This document shows, piece by piece, positions 31,486-41,122 of a stretch of DNA of 64,000 nt. Source of the DNA: a bacterium (GTDB lineage: Bacteria > Myxococcota_A > Polyangia > HGW-17 > JAJRWW01); assembly GCA_043825095.1 (NCBI GenBank), contig JBDRSE010000156.1:125309-189308 (forward strand), written 5' to 3'. Both the position numbers and the translations under genes were made by a program. Position 1 is the first letter of the stretch. Every line of letters starts with the position of its first letter. The notes below the pieces were generated by a model. It searched no databases. It worked only from the letters and a program-made list of their open reading frames with translations, and was not told where the DNA came from.

Positions 31486-32298
31486 ATGTCCCAACGAAAA
31501 TGGCGATTTCACCTGGTGCGCGGTGCCCGCTGTCTCGAGGTGGGCGACTTCGTGGGTGCGCACCGTCACTTCGAGACGGCCCATCGGGAGGCTCCCGGGG
31601 AGGCCATCGTGTGCCTGGCCTGGGGCCGGGAACTTCTCAGAACCGGTGAGCTCGAGGGGGCCGAGCGCCTCCTGCGGCAGGCGTGGAGCCTCGACTCCTC
31701 TCTGGACTCCGCGGCCTTTGCGCTGGCCCGCCTGCTGGGCCTACACGCCGACCGGCGGCAGGAAGCGCTCGACGTGCTGGACGAGGTGGAACGGCAGCGC
31801 GGGGTGGACGCGCCGTCGGTGCTGCTCCGGGGAGAGATTGCCGTGGCCGATCCGAGCTGTTTCGCAGAGGCGATCACCTGCTTTGCCCGGGCGAGGCAGC
31901 TGGGTGCAGACGAGGAGCTCGTCCGGCTCGGGCTGGCCAAGGCGCACAACGCCGAGGGAATCGTCCGGGGCCGGGAGGGAGATCATCACCAGGCGCTGTT
32001 CGCGCTGAAGCGCGCCGCAGATCTCGATCCGGAGTGGTCTGGTCCACGCGTGAACAGCGGCGCGATATTCGAACGGCTCGGACAGCTCCGCAAGGCGCGG
32101 GCGCACTATCATGAAGCCCTGCGGCTCGACCCGGTGAACCCGGTGGCGCTGTACAACCTCGCCGAGTCGCTCCGGCGGGAGGGCTCCTATTCGGGCGCGG
32201 CACGGTTCTACCGCCGCTTGCTGGCCGTGCAGCCCGACTATCCGGGTGGTGAGGATGGGTTGCGACTTACCCTCGCGGCTCATCGCCCGCAGTCGTGA
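31486..32298 (+). CDS. TPR-repeat protein
   Basis: Multiple 34-aa TPR-like units (A..A..LGQLRKARAHYHEALRLDP). Confidence 0.6.
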   Translation: MSQRKWRFHLVRGARCLEVGDFVGAHRHFETAHREAPGEAIVCLAWGRELLRTGELEGAERLLRQAWSLDSSLDSAAFALARLLGLHADRRQEALDVLDEVERQRGVDAPSVLLRGEIAVADPSCFAEAITCFARARQLGADEELVRLGLAKAHNAEGIVRGREGDHHQALFALKRAADLDPEWSGPRVNSGAIFERLGQLRKARAHYHEALRLDPVNPVALYNLAESLRREGSYSGAARFYRRLLAVQPDYPGGEDGLRLTLAAHRPQS

Positions 32299-32409
32299 AA
32301 TCGCCAGAAGCCCGGCCTTTGACGGGCCTGTGAGTCGCTTTTCTGCGTGGTTACCCTTGATTTGAAGATCTGGCTTGGATAAGATCGGTCGAACTTCGGA
32401 GGAATTGTC

Positions 32410-33312
32410 TTGGCCGACGAAGAAGTCACGAGGATCACGTCGTTTGATCTCAGCGAGTTGACCGGACCCAAGGATCTGACTCAGGCGTATCTGATCGTCC
32501 TAGCCGGCAGCAACGTCGGCGAGATGTACAAAGTCGAAGGCGAGATGTTCATCGGCCGGAGCGCAACGGCGGAGATCCAGCTCCTCGATGAAGGGATCAG
32601 CCGGAAGCACTGTAGGATCCGGCGGACCCCCACCGGGGACGTGGCAATCGAAGATCTGGCGAGCACCAACGGCACCTTTGCCAATGGGGAACGGATCGGC
32701 CTGCACCAGCTCGCCGACGGCGACAAGATCCAGGTGGGCTCCACCACGATCCTCAAGTTCACATATCACGACAATCTGGAGGAGAACTTCCAGCGGCAGA
32801 TGTACGACTCCGCCCTACGAGACGGGCTCACGAAAGCGTTCAACAAGCGCTACTTCACGGATCGTCTGCACGCCGAGTTCGCGTTCGCGCACCGGCACCA
32901 GAGCCCGCTGGCCCTGTGTATGATGGATCTGGACCACTTCAAGTCGGTCAATGACACCTACGGTCATCTGGCCGGCGACTATGTGCTTCAGAACCTGGCG
33001 CTGCAGATTCAGCAATCGGTGCGAGCGGAAGACGTTTTCAGCCGCTATGGGGGCGAGGAGTTCGCGGTCATCAGCCGTGGCATTTCGGTCGAGAGCGCCA
33101 TCATCATGGCCGAGCGGATTCGTCAAGGGGTGGAGTCGTTCGCCTTCCAGTGGAACGGCAAGCGCATGCCGGTCACGATCAGCATCGGCCTCGCCGGGCT
33201 TCCCGACCCCAGAATCACCGAGCCCATGAGGCTGATCGCCGCGGCCGACGAGGCGCTCTACAGCGCGAAGCACGGCGGACGGAACCAGGTGAAGATCTAC
33301 CGACCACGCTAG
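32410..33312 (+). CDS. FHA-domain diguanylate cyclase (FHA + GGDEF)
   Basis: FHA (FIGRSATAEIQL...RKHCRI...STNGTFANG); GGDEF domain with intact RYGGEEF and RxxD-like segments. Confidence 0.8.
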   Translation: MADEEVTRITSFDLSELTGPKDLTQAYLIVLAGSNVGEMYKVEGEMFIGRSATAEIQLLDEGISRKHCRIRRTPTGDVAIEDLASTNGTFANGERIGLHQLADGDKIQVGSTTILKFTYHDNLEENFQRQMYDSALRDGLTKAFNKRYFTDRLHAEFAFAHRHQSPLALCMMDLDHFKSVNDTYGHLAGDYVLQNLALQIQQSVRAEDVFSRYGGEEFAVISRGISVESAIIMAERIRQGVESFAFQWNGKRMPVTISIGLAGLPDPRITEPMRLIAAADEALYSAKHGGRNQVKIYRPR

Positions 33313-33333
33313 TCGAAGCTTAGGGGACGCGAG

Positions 33334-34575
33334 ATGATCATACCGGCGATGGAGCTATGCGGGGGTAGGGTGGTGGTTGCGCAGGCGGACGAAACGACGC
33401 TCGAACGCGCAGAGGATCCCGTAGAGCTTGCCAAGGTCTTGTATCGCTACGGCGAAATCGCCCTGATCGATCTGGACGCCGCACGGGGCGAGGGGGACAA
33501 CCTGGAGCTCATCCGCGAGATCTGTCGCGTCTGCGAGTGTCGCGTCGGCGGGGGGATTCGAGACGAGAAGCGGGGAGATGCGCTGCTTCGCGCCGGCGCC
33601 ACCCAGCTGATTGTGGGCACCGGCGCCGACGAGGAGCTCCTGGCGCGTTTTCCGCGGAAGAAGGTGCTCGTCGGGATCGACGTCAAGGACGGAAAGATGG
33701 TCCACGGGGGGTGGATCGAGGCCACGGACATAGATCCCGTGCAGCTCGCTGTGCGGCTCCAGGAGTACTGTGCGGGCTTCGTTTATACGCCCGTTGGACA
33801 TCGCGACCGATTGGAGCCGGCCGAGGTTCAACGCTTCGAGGAGCTCCAGACCGCCTTGCCCAGGCATCGGTTCATCTTCAACGGCGGATTCTCCTCGTTG
33901 GACGAGCTCCGCGAGCTGGACCGCATCGGCGTCGACACCCAGGTGAGCTACGGCTTGATCCCGGAGGGGGTGGATCTCGCCGAGGCCTTCGTGGCGGTGA
34001 TCGACTTCGAGAAGAGCAGCGGGCTCGTTCCGGTGATCGTGCAAGACCAGGCAGGGCAGGTACTGACCCTCGTCTACGCCAACGAGGACGCGGTGCACAA
34101 GAGCCTGCAGACCGGCAAGGCGACCTACTGGAGCCCCGGGCGCGGCGAGATGTACACGAAAGGCCAGACCTCGGGGAATACCCATGAGGTGATTACGGTG
34201 CGGCCGGACTGCGATCGGGACGCGTTGCTGTTCGTCGTCGAGCCCCACGGCGCGTCCTGCCACGTGGGCCGTTACGCTTGCTTTGACGATATCTCGTACA
34301 ACCTGCAGCGCATCGAGCAGATGATGCGCTCCCGTCAGGCGGCTGCGGACGCCCGCAAGAGCTACACGTCGCTCATGCTGGCGGATCGCCAGGCGGTGAA
34401 GGATCGGGTCCGCGACGAGGCCGAAGCCCTGGTCGCCGCGAAGAGTCGCGACGAGGTCCTTTGGGAAACGGCGGATCTCCTCTATTTCGTGTTGCTCCAT
34501 CTCGTAGGGGAAGGCATCACCTTGGACGAAGTCCTCAAAGAGCTGCGCGGGAGGGCCGGGCGTCGGAGGTCCTGA
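33334..34575 (+). CDS. hisIE: Fusion protein: HisA-like (beta/alpha)8 domain + phosphoribosyl-AMP cyclohydrolase (HisI) + phosphoribosyl-ATP pyrophosphatase (HisE)
   Basis: N-term IIPAMELCGGRVV...VGGGIR...NGGFSSLDEL (HisA/HisF fold); middle DCDRDALLFVVEPHGASCHVGRYACF (HisI); C-term ETADLLYFVLLHLVGEGITLDEVLKEL (HisE). Confidence 0.7.
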   Translation: MIIPAMELCGGRVVVAQADETTLERAEDPVELAKVLYRYGEIALIDLDAARGEGDNLELIREICRVCECRVGGGIRDEKRGDALLRAGATQLIVGTGADEELLARFPRKKVLVGIDVKDGKMVHGGWIEATDIDPVQLAVRLQEYCAGFVYTPVGHRDRLEPAEVQRFEELQTALPRHRFIFNGGFSSLDELRELDRIGVDTQVSYGLIPEGVDLAEAFVAVIDFEKSSGLVPVIVQDQAGQVLTLVYANEDAVHKSLQTGKATYWSPGRGEMYTKGQTSGNTHEVITVRPDCDRDALLFVVEPHGASCHVGRYACFDDISYNLQRIEQMMRSRQAAADARKSYTSLMLADRQAVKDRVRDEAEALVAAKSRDEVLWETADLLYFVLLHLVGEGITLDEVLKELRGRAGRRRS

Positions 34576-34619
34576 CTTATCCTGAGCACGAGGGGGTGGG
34601 GCGCTCGAAAAGTACAGCG

Positions 34620-34862
34620 TATGTGTTCACGGGGTGAGCTATTTGCGGCACCCAGAGCGTAGCGAGGGCCACCCCCGGAGGGGGCGGAGGGGGAGATCTG
34701 AGCCGCGAAGTGGCGGATCGATCTCCGGCAGGTGCCAGCCTTCGCACCGCGCCGAAACCAGCCCGACAGCGCCGCCGCTGCGGCGGAGCACACCCCTGTC
34801 GGCCCCTCAAGGGGTAGCCCGCTAGCGCGGGCGTGCTGTGCCGTCTAATACGTGAACGGTTG
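34620..34862. repeat. MITE-like intergenic repeat, copy B (longer; flanked by direct repeat AGTACAGC)
   Basis: Same conserved blocks as 12679-12796 plus ~130-bp internal insertion with palindrome ggagatc..gatctcc; AGTACAGC at 34611-34618 and 34864-34871. Confidence 0.45.
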
Positions 34863-34925
34863 CAGTACAGCTTTGTGCCCATTCCTGGTAGGTTGAACCT
34901 CAGAGGACAGGCCATAGGAGGCGCC

Positions 34926-36164
34926 GTGAAAATCGTCAAGGGTGGTCCGCTTCCCGAGCGCCGACGACGAGGGAGCGCCCAGGATCGCGAGGCCGTGCGA
35001 GCCGCGTGTGAGGAGGTTCGGCGGTTCGGGGATCGCGCGTTGCGTCGCAGAGTGAAAGCCCTCGCCGTGCCGGGTGCGGAGCTGCGGCGAGCTTTCAGCC
35101 GCTTGACGCCCCAGGCGCGGAGTGCGCTCGAGCTGGCTTGTCGCCACGTCGGCCTGCTGGCTCGGCGCGAGCTGGCGGCGCTCAAGGAGTTCAACGTCAA
35201 GCCCACGGCAGGGGTGAGCTTGTACCAGCGTCTGCTTCCGGTACGCTCGGTCGGGATCCTCGCGCCGTCACGACAGATTGTGGCCGTGCTCATGGGGGCC
35301 ATACCAGCCGCAGTGGCCGGAGTGGAGCGGCGCGTGCTCTGCGCTGCCAGCGCAGACGGCGAGCTGGATCCCCATGTCCTCGCTGCGGCCTACATGTGTG
35401 ATATTACGGAGGTCTACCGCGTCGGCGGGGTGCTCGCCGCGGCAGCCCTCGCCTACGGGACCAAGACCATCCTGGCAGTGGATCTGATCGTCGGCGCCGG
35501 GGACTCGGCGGTGGCGATCGCCAAACAGGAGCTGGCCTCGGTCTGCGGCGTCGATCTGGCCACCGGCCCCCATGAGCTGCTCGTGCTGGCCGATTCCACG
35601 GCCCCACCGGAGTTCGTGGCCGCAGATCTGCTGGCCCAGGCGGAGCTGGATCCCGAGGCGGTGTGCCTGCTCGTCACCACCTCTGCCGACGTGGCCCAGC
35701 GTACCCGCGACGAGCTACGGAGGCTTGGGGGCTCGTTGCCCAAGGGACATCCGGCCCGGGGACCACTCAGCCGGGCTCGGGCCGTGGTGGTGGAGAGTCT
35801 CGACGAGGCCGTCGGGCTGGTCAATGCACGGGCTCCCCAGCGGCTCGCCCTGTTGGTCAAGCGTCCCGACGACCTGGCAGGTCGACTTCGAAGCTACGGC
35901 TCGCTGCTGGTCGGTCCGCAGTCGCCCGCGGCCCTGGGTGAGCTGGTGACCGGGGCCAACGCGCTGCTGCCCGCGGCGGGTGCAGCCGGGCAGTGGGGCG
36001 CCTTTGGTGTCGGCTCTCTGCTCCGGCGGGTGACCGTGCAGCAGGTCGACCCGTCCGCGTACCACCGGCTGTCCAGGGCAGCCGCCACCCTGGCCGAGCT
36101 GCAGGGACGAACCCTCACGACCCACGCCTTGACGGCCCGGCTCACCTCGGTCGAAGACGACTGA
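34926..36164 (+). CDS. Histidinol dehydrogenase-like protein (divergent; signature His replaced)
   Basis: HisD-like blocks GAGDSAVAIAKQELASVCGVDLATGPHELLVLAD and VAADLLAQAELDPEA (consensus ..SQAEHDP..); GTG start with RBS aggagg at 34916-34921 preferred over GTG 34833 lying inside the repeat. Confidence 0.6.
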   Translation: MKIVKGGPLPERRRRGSAQDREAVRAACEEVRRFGDRALRRRVKALAVPGAELRRAFSRLTPQARSALELACRHVGLLARRELAALKEFNVKPTAGVSLYQRLLPVRSVGILAPSRQIVAVLMGAIPAAVAGVERRVLCAASADGELDPHVLAAAYMCDITEVYRVGGVLAAAALAYGTKTILAVDLIVGAGDSAVAIAKQELASVCGVDLATGPHELLVLADSTAPPEFVAADLLAQAELDPEAVCLLVTTSADVAQRTRDELRRLGGSLPKGHPARGPLSRARAVVVESLDEAVGLVNARAPQRLALLVKRPDDLAGRLRSYGSLLVGPQSPAALGELVTGANALLPAAGAAGQWGAFGVGSLLRRVTVQQVDPSAYHRLSRAAATLAELQGRTLTTHALTARLTSVEDD

Positions 36165-36327
36165 TCCAATCGCGTGAAAATAGCTCGTGGCCGCCGTCTG
36201 CGGCGCCTTGCGCGCTTCGCGCGGCGGCTTTGCGCAATCATCCCCCAAGGTTTCAAACGCACCGTGAGCGGTCGTTTCTCCACGAATTTTCCGACCCATC
36301 AGGTCGGGAGCGGGACTGAACAGGGAC

Positions 36328-36362
36328 AAAAAAAGCGGGCCGTCCATGTGGACGACCCGCTG
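36328..36362 (-). terminator. Rho-independent terminator downstream of tRNA-Lys
   Basis: A7 run then imperfect hairpin gcgggccgtcca/tggacgacccgc on + strand (U-tract for minus transcript). Confidence 0.4.
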
Positions 36363-36367
36363 AATCG

Positions 36368-36440
36368 TGAGCCCAGAAGGAATCGAACCTTCAACCTCCG
36401 GATTAAGAGTCCGCTGCTCTGCCAATTGAGCTATGGGCCC
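36368..36440 (-). tRNA. tRNA-Lys (anticodon CTT)
   Basis: Reverse complement GGGCCCATAGCTCAATTGGCAGAGCAGCGGACTCTTAATCCG...GGTTCGATTCC; loop cTCTTaa. Confidence 0.85.
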
Positions 36441-36457
36441 AGAGCAAGTTTTTAGTG

Positions 36458-36531
36458 CGCGCCCGGGGTGACTCGAACACCCGACCTGCGGATTCGAAGT
36501 CCGACGCTCTATCCAACTGAGCTACGGGCGC
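36458..36531 (-). tRNA. tRNA-Arg (anticodon TCG)
   Basis: Reverse complement GCGCCCGTAGCTCAGTTGGATAGAGCGTCGGACTTCGAATCCG...GGTGTTCGAGTCACC; loop cTTCGaa. Confidence 0.85.
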
Positions 36532-36748
36532 GCAAGTCAAGGCGGGGATGTAACCGGTTCGGAGATTTCTGTCAAGGCACATTTCTGAATGGGTCTGGGC
36601 CAAGGCGAAGCGGCTGGCCGGTTGTCGTCCTGTAGGGACGTTTTTCTCTTTCCTCCACCTCCTAACTCCTCGATATTGGACTGTAAGCCAGCACGCGTTG
36701 ACTTTGTTCTAGTCCTCTGGTTAACTCTTAGCTAGAATCGGGAGTCGT

Positions 36749-39700
36749 ATGAACACTGTTTACTTGAGCACTCAGAGGTCTAACATGCGGAGAAATAAAG
36801 CCCTGAAGTGGGCAATCAGCGTTGTTTTCATCTTTGCCGTGGGCGCGAGCTGCAACTCGTCGGGCTGCGAGATCCTGCAGCCGATGCCGGACGGCAACGA
36901 GGTGCCGCCGAATCAGACCATCGAAGGCGGCATGCAGGTGCGTGTCACGGCCGACGGGTTTGACAAGATCTCGTCGATCATCCCCGGGATCCTGGAGAAC
37001 TCCGGGCTGGGTGCCATCGAGCTCATCGCGCCCGGAACGCCGTTTGAGGTCGGCTCCTGCGGCACGATCGATTGGGCGTGCATCCGCTTCCAGTACTGCC
37101 CCACGGGTTGCGGCATCGATGTGTCCATCCCGCAGGGAGGGGTGGACATGTACGTCGACACGGCCTCCAACATGCTGATGTTGGATCTCACCATCGACGT
37201 CGCCTTTGTGCTGGATGCGCACCTCGAAATCGACATCATGAACTTCAGCGTCCTCGACATTACCTGTGGGCTCGGGCTGACGACCTTGGACGGCCCCCTC
37301 CACGTGACCGTGGGCATCGAGCCCTATATCCGCCCCGAGGACGGCGAGCTGCGGATTCGGCTTGGTCACCTCTCCAACCTGGACATCAGCGGCTTCAACC
37401 TCAGTCTCCAAGGTTGCGGCATCGTCGGGGACTACCTCAACACGTACCTCGACTACGTCAACGACATCATCGACATCATCGATTCCATCCTCGGGAACGC
37501 CATCACCGACTTCATCATGAACCAGTTCCTCCTGCCGATGGTGGGCGATATGATCGACGGCTTCGTGCCCGACCCCCTGGGGCTCGAGGGACAGTTCGAC
37601 GTCGGCTCGCTGCTGGCGGGCTTCTCGCCCGGCGCCGAGGGCGTTTTGGAGCTGCGCCTCACCCCGGGAGGCTACGTCAACCTGCTCGGCAACGGCATGA
37701 GCCTGGGGGTGATCACCGGTGTCAACAGCGACGCTGATCCCACCACCCGCAGCGCGACCCTGGATCCGGCCACAGGTGTGCGGATGCACTCCGAGCCGCA
37801 CCGCAAGATGCCGCCCATGCCCACTCCGGACTTCACCGGTGTGCTGGCCTCGGCGCCGGCGCGCAGCGCCCTGTCGGGGACGCCGTTCAAGCTGGACGCC
37901 GCGAGCGAGCTGGGCGGCTTCAACGACAGCCAGTACCTGCGGTACAAGGACCCCAACAGCCCGCTCAACAACCAGATCGCTGACCTCGCCATCGGCACGC
38001 CCGAGACGTTCCTCGACCTCCTGGGCTTCCACCTGCTCAACTCCGGCGCGCTGTGCCTGGAGATCGGGACCCAGGAGGTGGACATGCTCACCGTCGGGCT
38101 GTTCAGCATCATGGTCAGCTCCCTGGGCGATCTCGTGGATCCCCTGGTGGGGGACGCGCCCATGCGGCTGGTGATCCGGCCGCAGACGCCCATGGACTTC
38201 TGGATCGGCAACCCGTTGGACCAGGCCAACCCCACCCCGCTTTTGAACCTGTATCTGCAGGACTTCCAGATCGACATGTACGCGTGGTCCGAGGAGCGGT
38301 ACACCCGCGCGTTCACCATGGCGGTGGACATGGAGCTCGGCCTGAACCTATTGAGCGAGGTGGACCCGAACGACGGGACCCTCTATCTCAAGCCGGTTCT
38401 GGAGGACGTAAACGCCTCGGACCTGACCGTGCGGATCCACAACAGCGAGCTCATCGGCGACAGCCCGGAGGAGCTCGAGGCGCTCTTCCCGAGCGTGCTG
38501 TCGATGCTCATGCCGATGATCACCGGGATGCTGCCCGACATCGCCATGCCGGAGCTCATGGGGCTCTCCATGGAGTACCTGGAGTTCCGCCCCAACGACG
38601 CCCAGAACATGATGTTGATCCTCGCGAACATCAAGCTGCCGTCGAACCCGGTTCCCCCGGCGCCGGTGCCCGTGCTGCCGGTGCGCACCAGCGCCGAGCT
38701 GGTGGACGTCTACGTGCCCACACCGGCCGAGTGGCGCCGCTCCCAGCTGGACGAGAGCGTGCCGGCCGCGGAGAAGGACGTCCCCACGGTGCGCATCGCC
38801 GTGAACACCCGGACCGCCGATTCGAGCCTTGTGGAGTGGCAGTACCGGCTGAACGCCGGCGCCTGGCGCGGGTTCCGCCCCGGACCGGAGCTGGTGCTCA
38901 CGGACCAGACCTTCACTTTCCAGGGCTGGCACCACATCGAGGTGCGCGGTCGGGTGCGCGGAGAGCCCCGCTCCCTGGAACGGCAGCCGGTGAGCTTCGA
39001 CGTGCTGATCGACTCCACGCCGCCCCTGCAGAAGGCCACCGTGGAGGACGACACCCTGATCTTCAACGGCTTCGACCTGGTGACCGCGCGGACCGAGCTT
39101 CGGTACTCCTACGAGTTCGAGCCGGGGAACTACTCGTCCTGGTCTGATCGGGGGTCGATGCCCCTGTCCCGGGCGCGGACCCTGGCCAAGGCCCACGGCG
39201 GCGTGCTTCGGGTGCGGGTGATGGACGAGGCGGGCAACGTCTCTGAGGCCGAAATCGACGAGTCCTTGATGGGCGCGGTGAACGTGGATCCCAAGGTGGG
39301 CGGGTGCGGCTGCGCCACGTCCGGCAACGGTGAGGTGCCCTTCGCGGTGCTGTTCCTTGGACTTCTGGGGGTGCTGTTTTTTCGGCGCGGCCGGTCGGCG
39401 AGGCCGGCCGGCGCGCTCCTCGTAGTCGGTGTGGCCGCGCTGCTCGCCCTCGGCGGCTGCGCGAAAAAGGCGGGCGCCGGGGACCCGGACGCCACGGTGA
39501 CCGTGCCCTGCACCGATGATGACGAGTGCGTGGCCCTGCAGTGCGAGGACGATCAGATCCCGCTCTGCATCGACGGTGAGTGTCAGTGCATGGACGATCT
39601 GTTGTTCGGCAAGACCGGCCCGTACACGTCGCTGTCCGTGTCGTACAGCGACGTGATGGTGGCGGCGTACAACACCCGGTACGGCGACCTGATGTACGGC

Positions 39701-40975
39701 CACATCAGCAAGAACGACATCGGCTCGAACCCCATCATCACCAACTGGGAGTTCGTCGACGGTGTGCCGTGGGACCAGGATCCCGACGTGCCGACCTCGG
39801 AGATCCGGGGCGGCATCCGGACCAAGGGCGACAACGTGGGGCGGTTCACGTCCATCGGCACCGACGACAGCGGCCAGCCCGTGATCGCCTACTACGACGT
39901 CACCCACGGCGCGCTCAAGATCGCCCGCCACGACGGCACCAACTGGCAGATCTTCGTGGTGGATGACGGAGGGAACTCCGAGTCGGCCGAGGGCGGCGAC
40001 GCGGGTCGGTACACGTCGATGTCCATGCGGCCCTCTGACCGGGCGCCGGGAGTGGCGTATCTGGTGCAGGATCTGCCGTCGAACGACACCAGCGCCACCA
40101 TCACCCAGGTGCGCTTCGCCCAGGCCATCACGGCCAGCCCCATGAGCGGCGCGGACTGGATGATCTACATCGTGGACGAGCTGGCGGTGCCCGTTCTGGC
40201 CGACGACGCTCCGCTGCCCGACCTGCCCATGGGCGTCGGCGTCACCACGTCCGTGGATCGCACCTCGGACGGCCGGCCGGTGGTGGTGTACTACGACTCC
40301 TACAACGGCAACCTCAAGGGCGCGGAGTTCGACGACGCCAGCCAGCAGTTCTTCCCGCCCATCATCCTCGACGGCGACGACGGCGCGGGCACCGACACCG
40401 GCAACGTCGGCCTGTCCCCGTCGGTCCGGATCCGGGGCGACGACACGGTGTGGCACGTGAGCTACATGGACGCCGCGCTCAAGCAGCTGCTCTACCTGCG
40501 CACGGGCGCCGACTCCATTATCGAGGTGGTGGACGATGGCCTGCGCGAGGAGGTCAACGATCTCACCGGGCTCCCCATGCCGATCTCCCACTTCGTGGGC
40601 TACGACTCCAAGATCACCGTGGCGGGCAGCAGCCCCGATCCGGCCCAGAACAAGGTCTTCATCGCCTACAGCGACTCCACGACCCACGAGCTGCTCTGGG
40701 CCGTGCGGGACCCGGCCGCGCCCACGCCGTGGATCACCAGCTCGATCATCGGCGGCGACCCGGCCATCTGGAACTCCTCCCTCGCGCGGTTCGAGGACAG
40801 CTATGGCGAGCCCTGGCAGGGCGCCTACGGCTTCTACGTCGGCCTCGTCGACGACCAGACCACCGCGTACCTCTGCTCCTACGCCATCAACGAGTGGGCC
40901 GAGTCGGACCTCTTCGGCAACGCACCCCTCAACTACTGGGTGCAGATCTTCGCCAAGGCGCTGTCCGAAGGCTAA
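36749..40975 (+). CDS. Giant (1408 aa) secreted/surface protein: N-terminal extracellular part ending in a MYXO-CTERM-like motif, continuing in-frame into a lipoprotein-signal-like segment and a C-terminal repeat (YYD..G.LK) beta-propeller-like region
   Basis: ATG with RBS gggag; signal-like N-terminus; internal GGCGCATSGNGEVPFAVLFLGLLGVLFFRRGR (MYXO-CTERM pattern) at ~39300-39400 followed without stop by SARPAGALLVVGVAALLALGGC (lipobox). Confidence 0.55.
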   Translation: MNTVYLSTQRSNMRRNKALKWAISVVFIFAVGASCNSSGCEILQPMPDGNEVPPNQTIEGGMQVRVTADGFDKISSIIPGILENSGLGAIELIAPGTPFEVGSCGTIDWACIRFQYCPTGCGIDVSIPQGGVDMYVDTASNMLMLDLTIDVAFVLDAHLEIDIMNFSVLDITCGLGLTTLDGPLHVTVGIEPYIRPEDGELRIRLGHLSNLDISGFNLSLQGCGIVGDYLNTYLDYVNDIIDIIDSILGNAITDFIMNQFLLPMVGDMIDGFVPDPLGLEGQFDVGSLLAGFSPGAEGVLELRLTPGGYVNLLGNGMSLGVITGVNSDADPTTRSATLDPATGVRMHSEPHRKMPPMPTPDFTGVLASAPARSALSGTPFKLDAASELGGFNDSQYLRYKDPNSPLNNQIADLAIGTPETFLDLLGFHLLNSGALCLEIGTQEVDMLTVGLFSIMVSSLGDLVDPLVGDAPMRLVIRPQTPMDFWIGNPLDQANPTPLLNLYLQDFQIDMYAWSEERYTRAFTMAVDMELGLNLLSEVDPNDGTLYLKPVLEDVNASDLTVRIHNSELIGDSPEELEALFPSVLSMLMPMITGMLPDIAMPELMGLSMEYLEFRPNDAQNMMLILANIKLPSNPVPPAPVPVLPVRTSAELVDVYVPTPAEWRRSQLDESVPAAEKDVPTVRIAVNTRTADSSLVEWQYRLNAGAWRGFRPGPELVLTDQTFTFQGWHHIEVRGRVRGEPRSLERQPVSFDVLIDSTPPLQKATVEDDTLIFNGFDLVTARTELRYSYEFEPGNYSSWSDRGSMPLSRARTLAKAHGGVLRVRVMDEAGNVSEAEIDESLMGAVNVDPKVGGCGCATSGNGEVPFAVLFLGLLGVLFFRRGRSARPAGALLVVGVAALLALGGCAKKAGAGDPDATVTVPCTDDDECVALQCEDDQIPLCIDGECQCMDDLLFGKTGPYTSLSVSYSDVMVAAYNTRYGDLMYGHISKNDIGSNPIITNWEFVDGVPWDQDPDVPTSEIRGGIRTKGDNVGRFTSIGTDDSGQPVIAYYDVTHGALKIARHDGTNWQIFVVDDGGNSESAEGGDAGRYTSMSMRPSDRAPGVAYLVQDLPSNDTSATITQVRFAQAITASPMSGADWMIYIVDELAVPVLADDAPLPDLPMGVGVTTSVDRTSDGRPVVVYYDSYNGNLKGAEFDDASQQFFPPIILDGDDGAGTDTGNVGLSPSVRIRGDDTVWHVSYMDAALKQLLYLRTGADSIIEVVDDGLREEVNDLTGLPMPISHFVGYDSKITVAGSSPDPAQNKVFIAYSDSTTHELLWAVRDPAAPTPWITSSIIGGDPAIWNSSLARFEDSYGEPWQGAYGFYVGLVDDQTTAYLCSYAINEWAESDLFGNAPLNYWVQIFAKALSEG

Positions 40976-41071
40976 CCGCCCCAGGACCCTCAAGCACAAT
41001 CAGGAAGGGTCGAGGAGAGCAGCAGCTCTGCGAGGAAGAGACTCCCGGCAATGCCTCCGGCGTGACTGGCG

Positions 41072-41089
41072 TGTCAAGTTTACTTGACA
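41072..41089. promoter_or_regulatory. 18-bp palindrome TGTCAAGTT|TACTTGACA (candidate operator overlapping a TTGACA -35) upstream of the HTH gene
   Basis: Inverted repeat (mismatch only at the 2 central bases), 34 nt upstream of ATG 41123. Confidence 0.4.
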
Positions 41090-41122
41090 TCAGGCGCGAA
41101 CAGCCTACCCTGTCAGTTGAGA

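Noticed and set aside
34833-34925. ORF-track start (GTG 34833) for the hisD-like gene
   Set aside because: This start lies inside the MITE-like repeat and lacks an RBS. GTG 34926 has a strong aggagg RBS and gives a HisD-like N-terminus.
36174-36455. 93-aa ORF overlapping the tRNA-Lys gene
   Set aside because: It overlaps a confidently folded tRNA and a terminator hairpin and has no coding signal.
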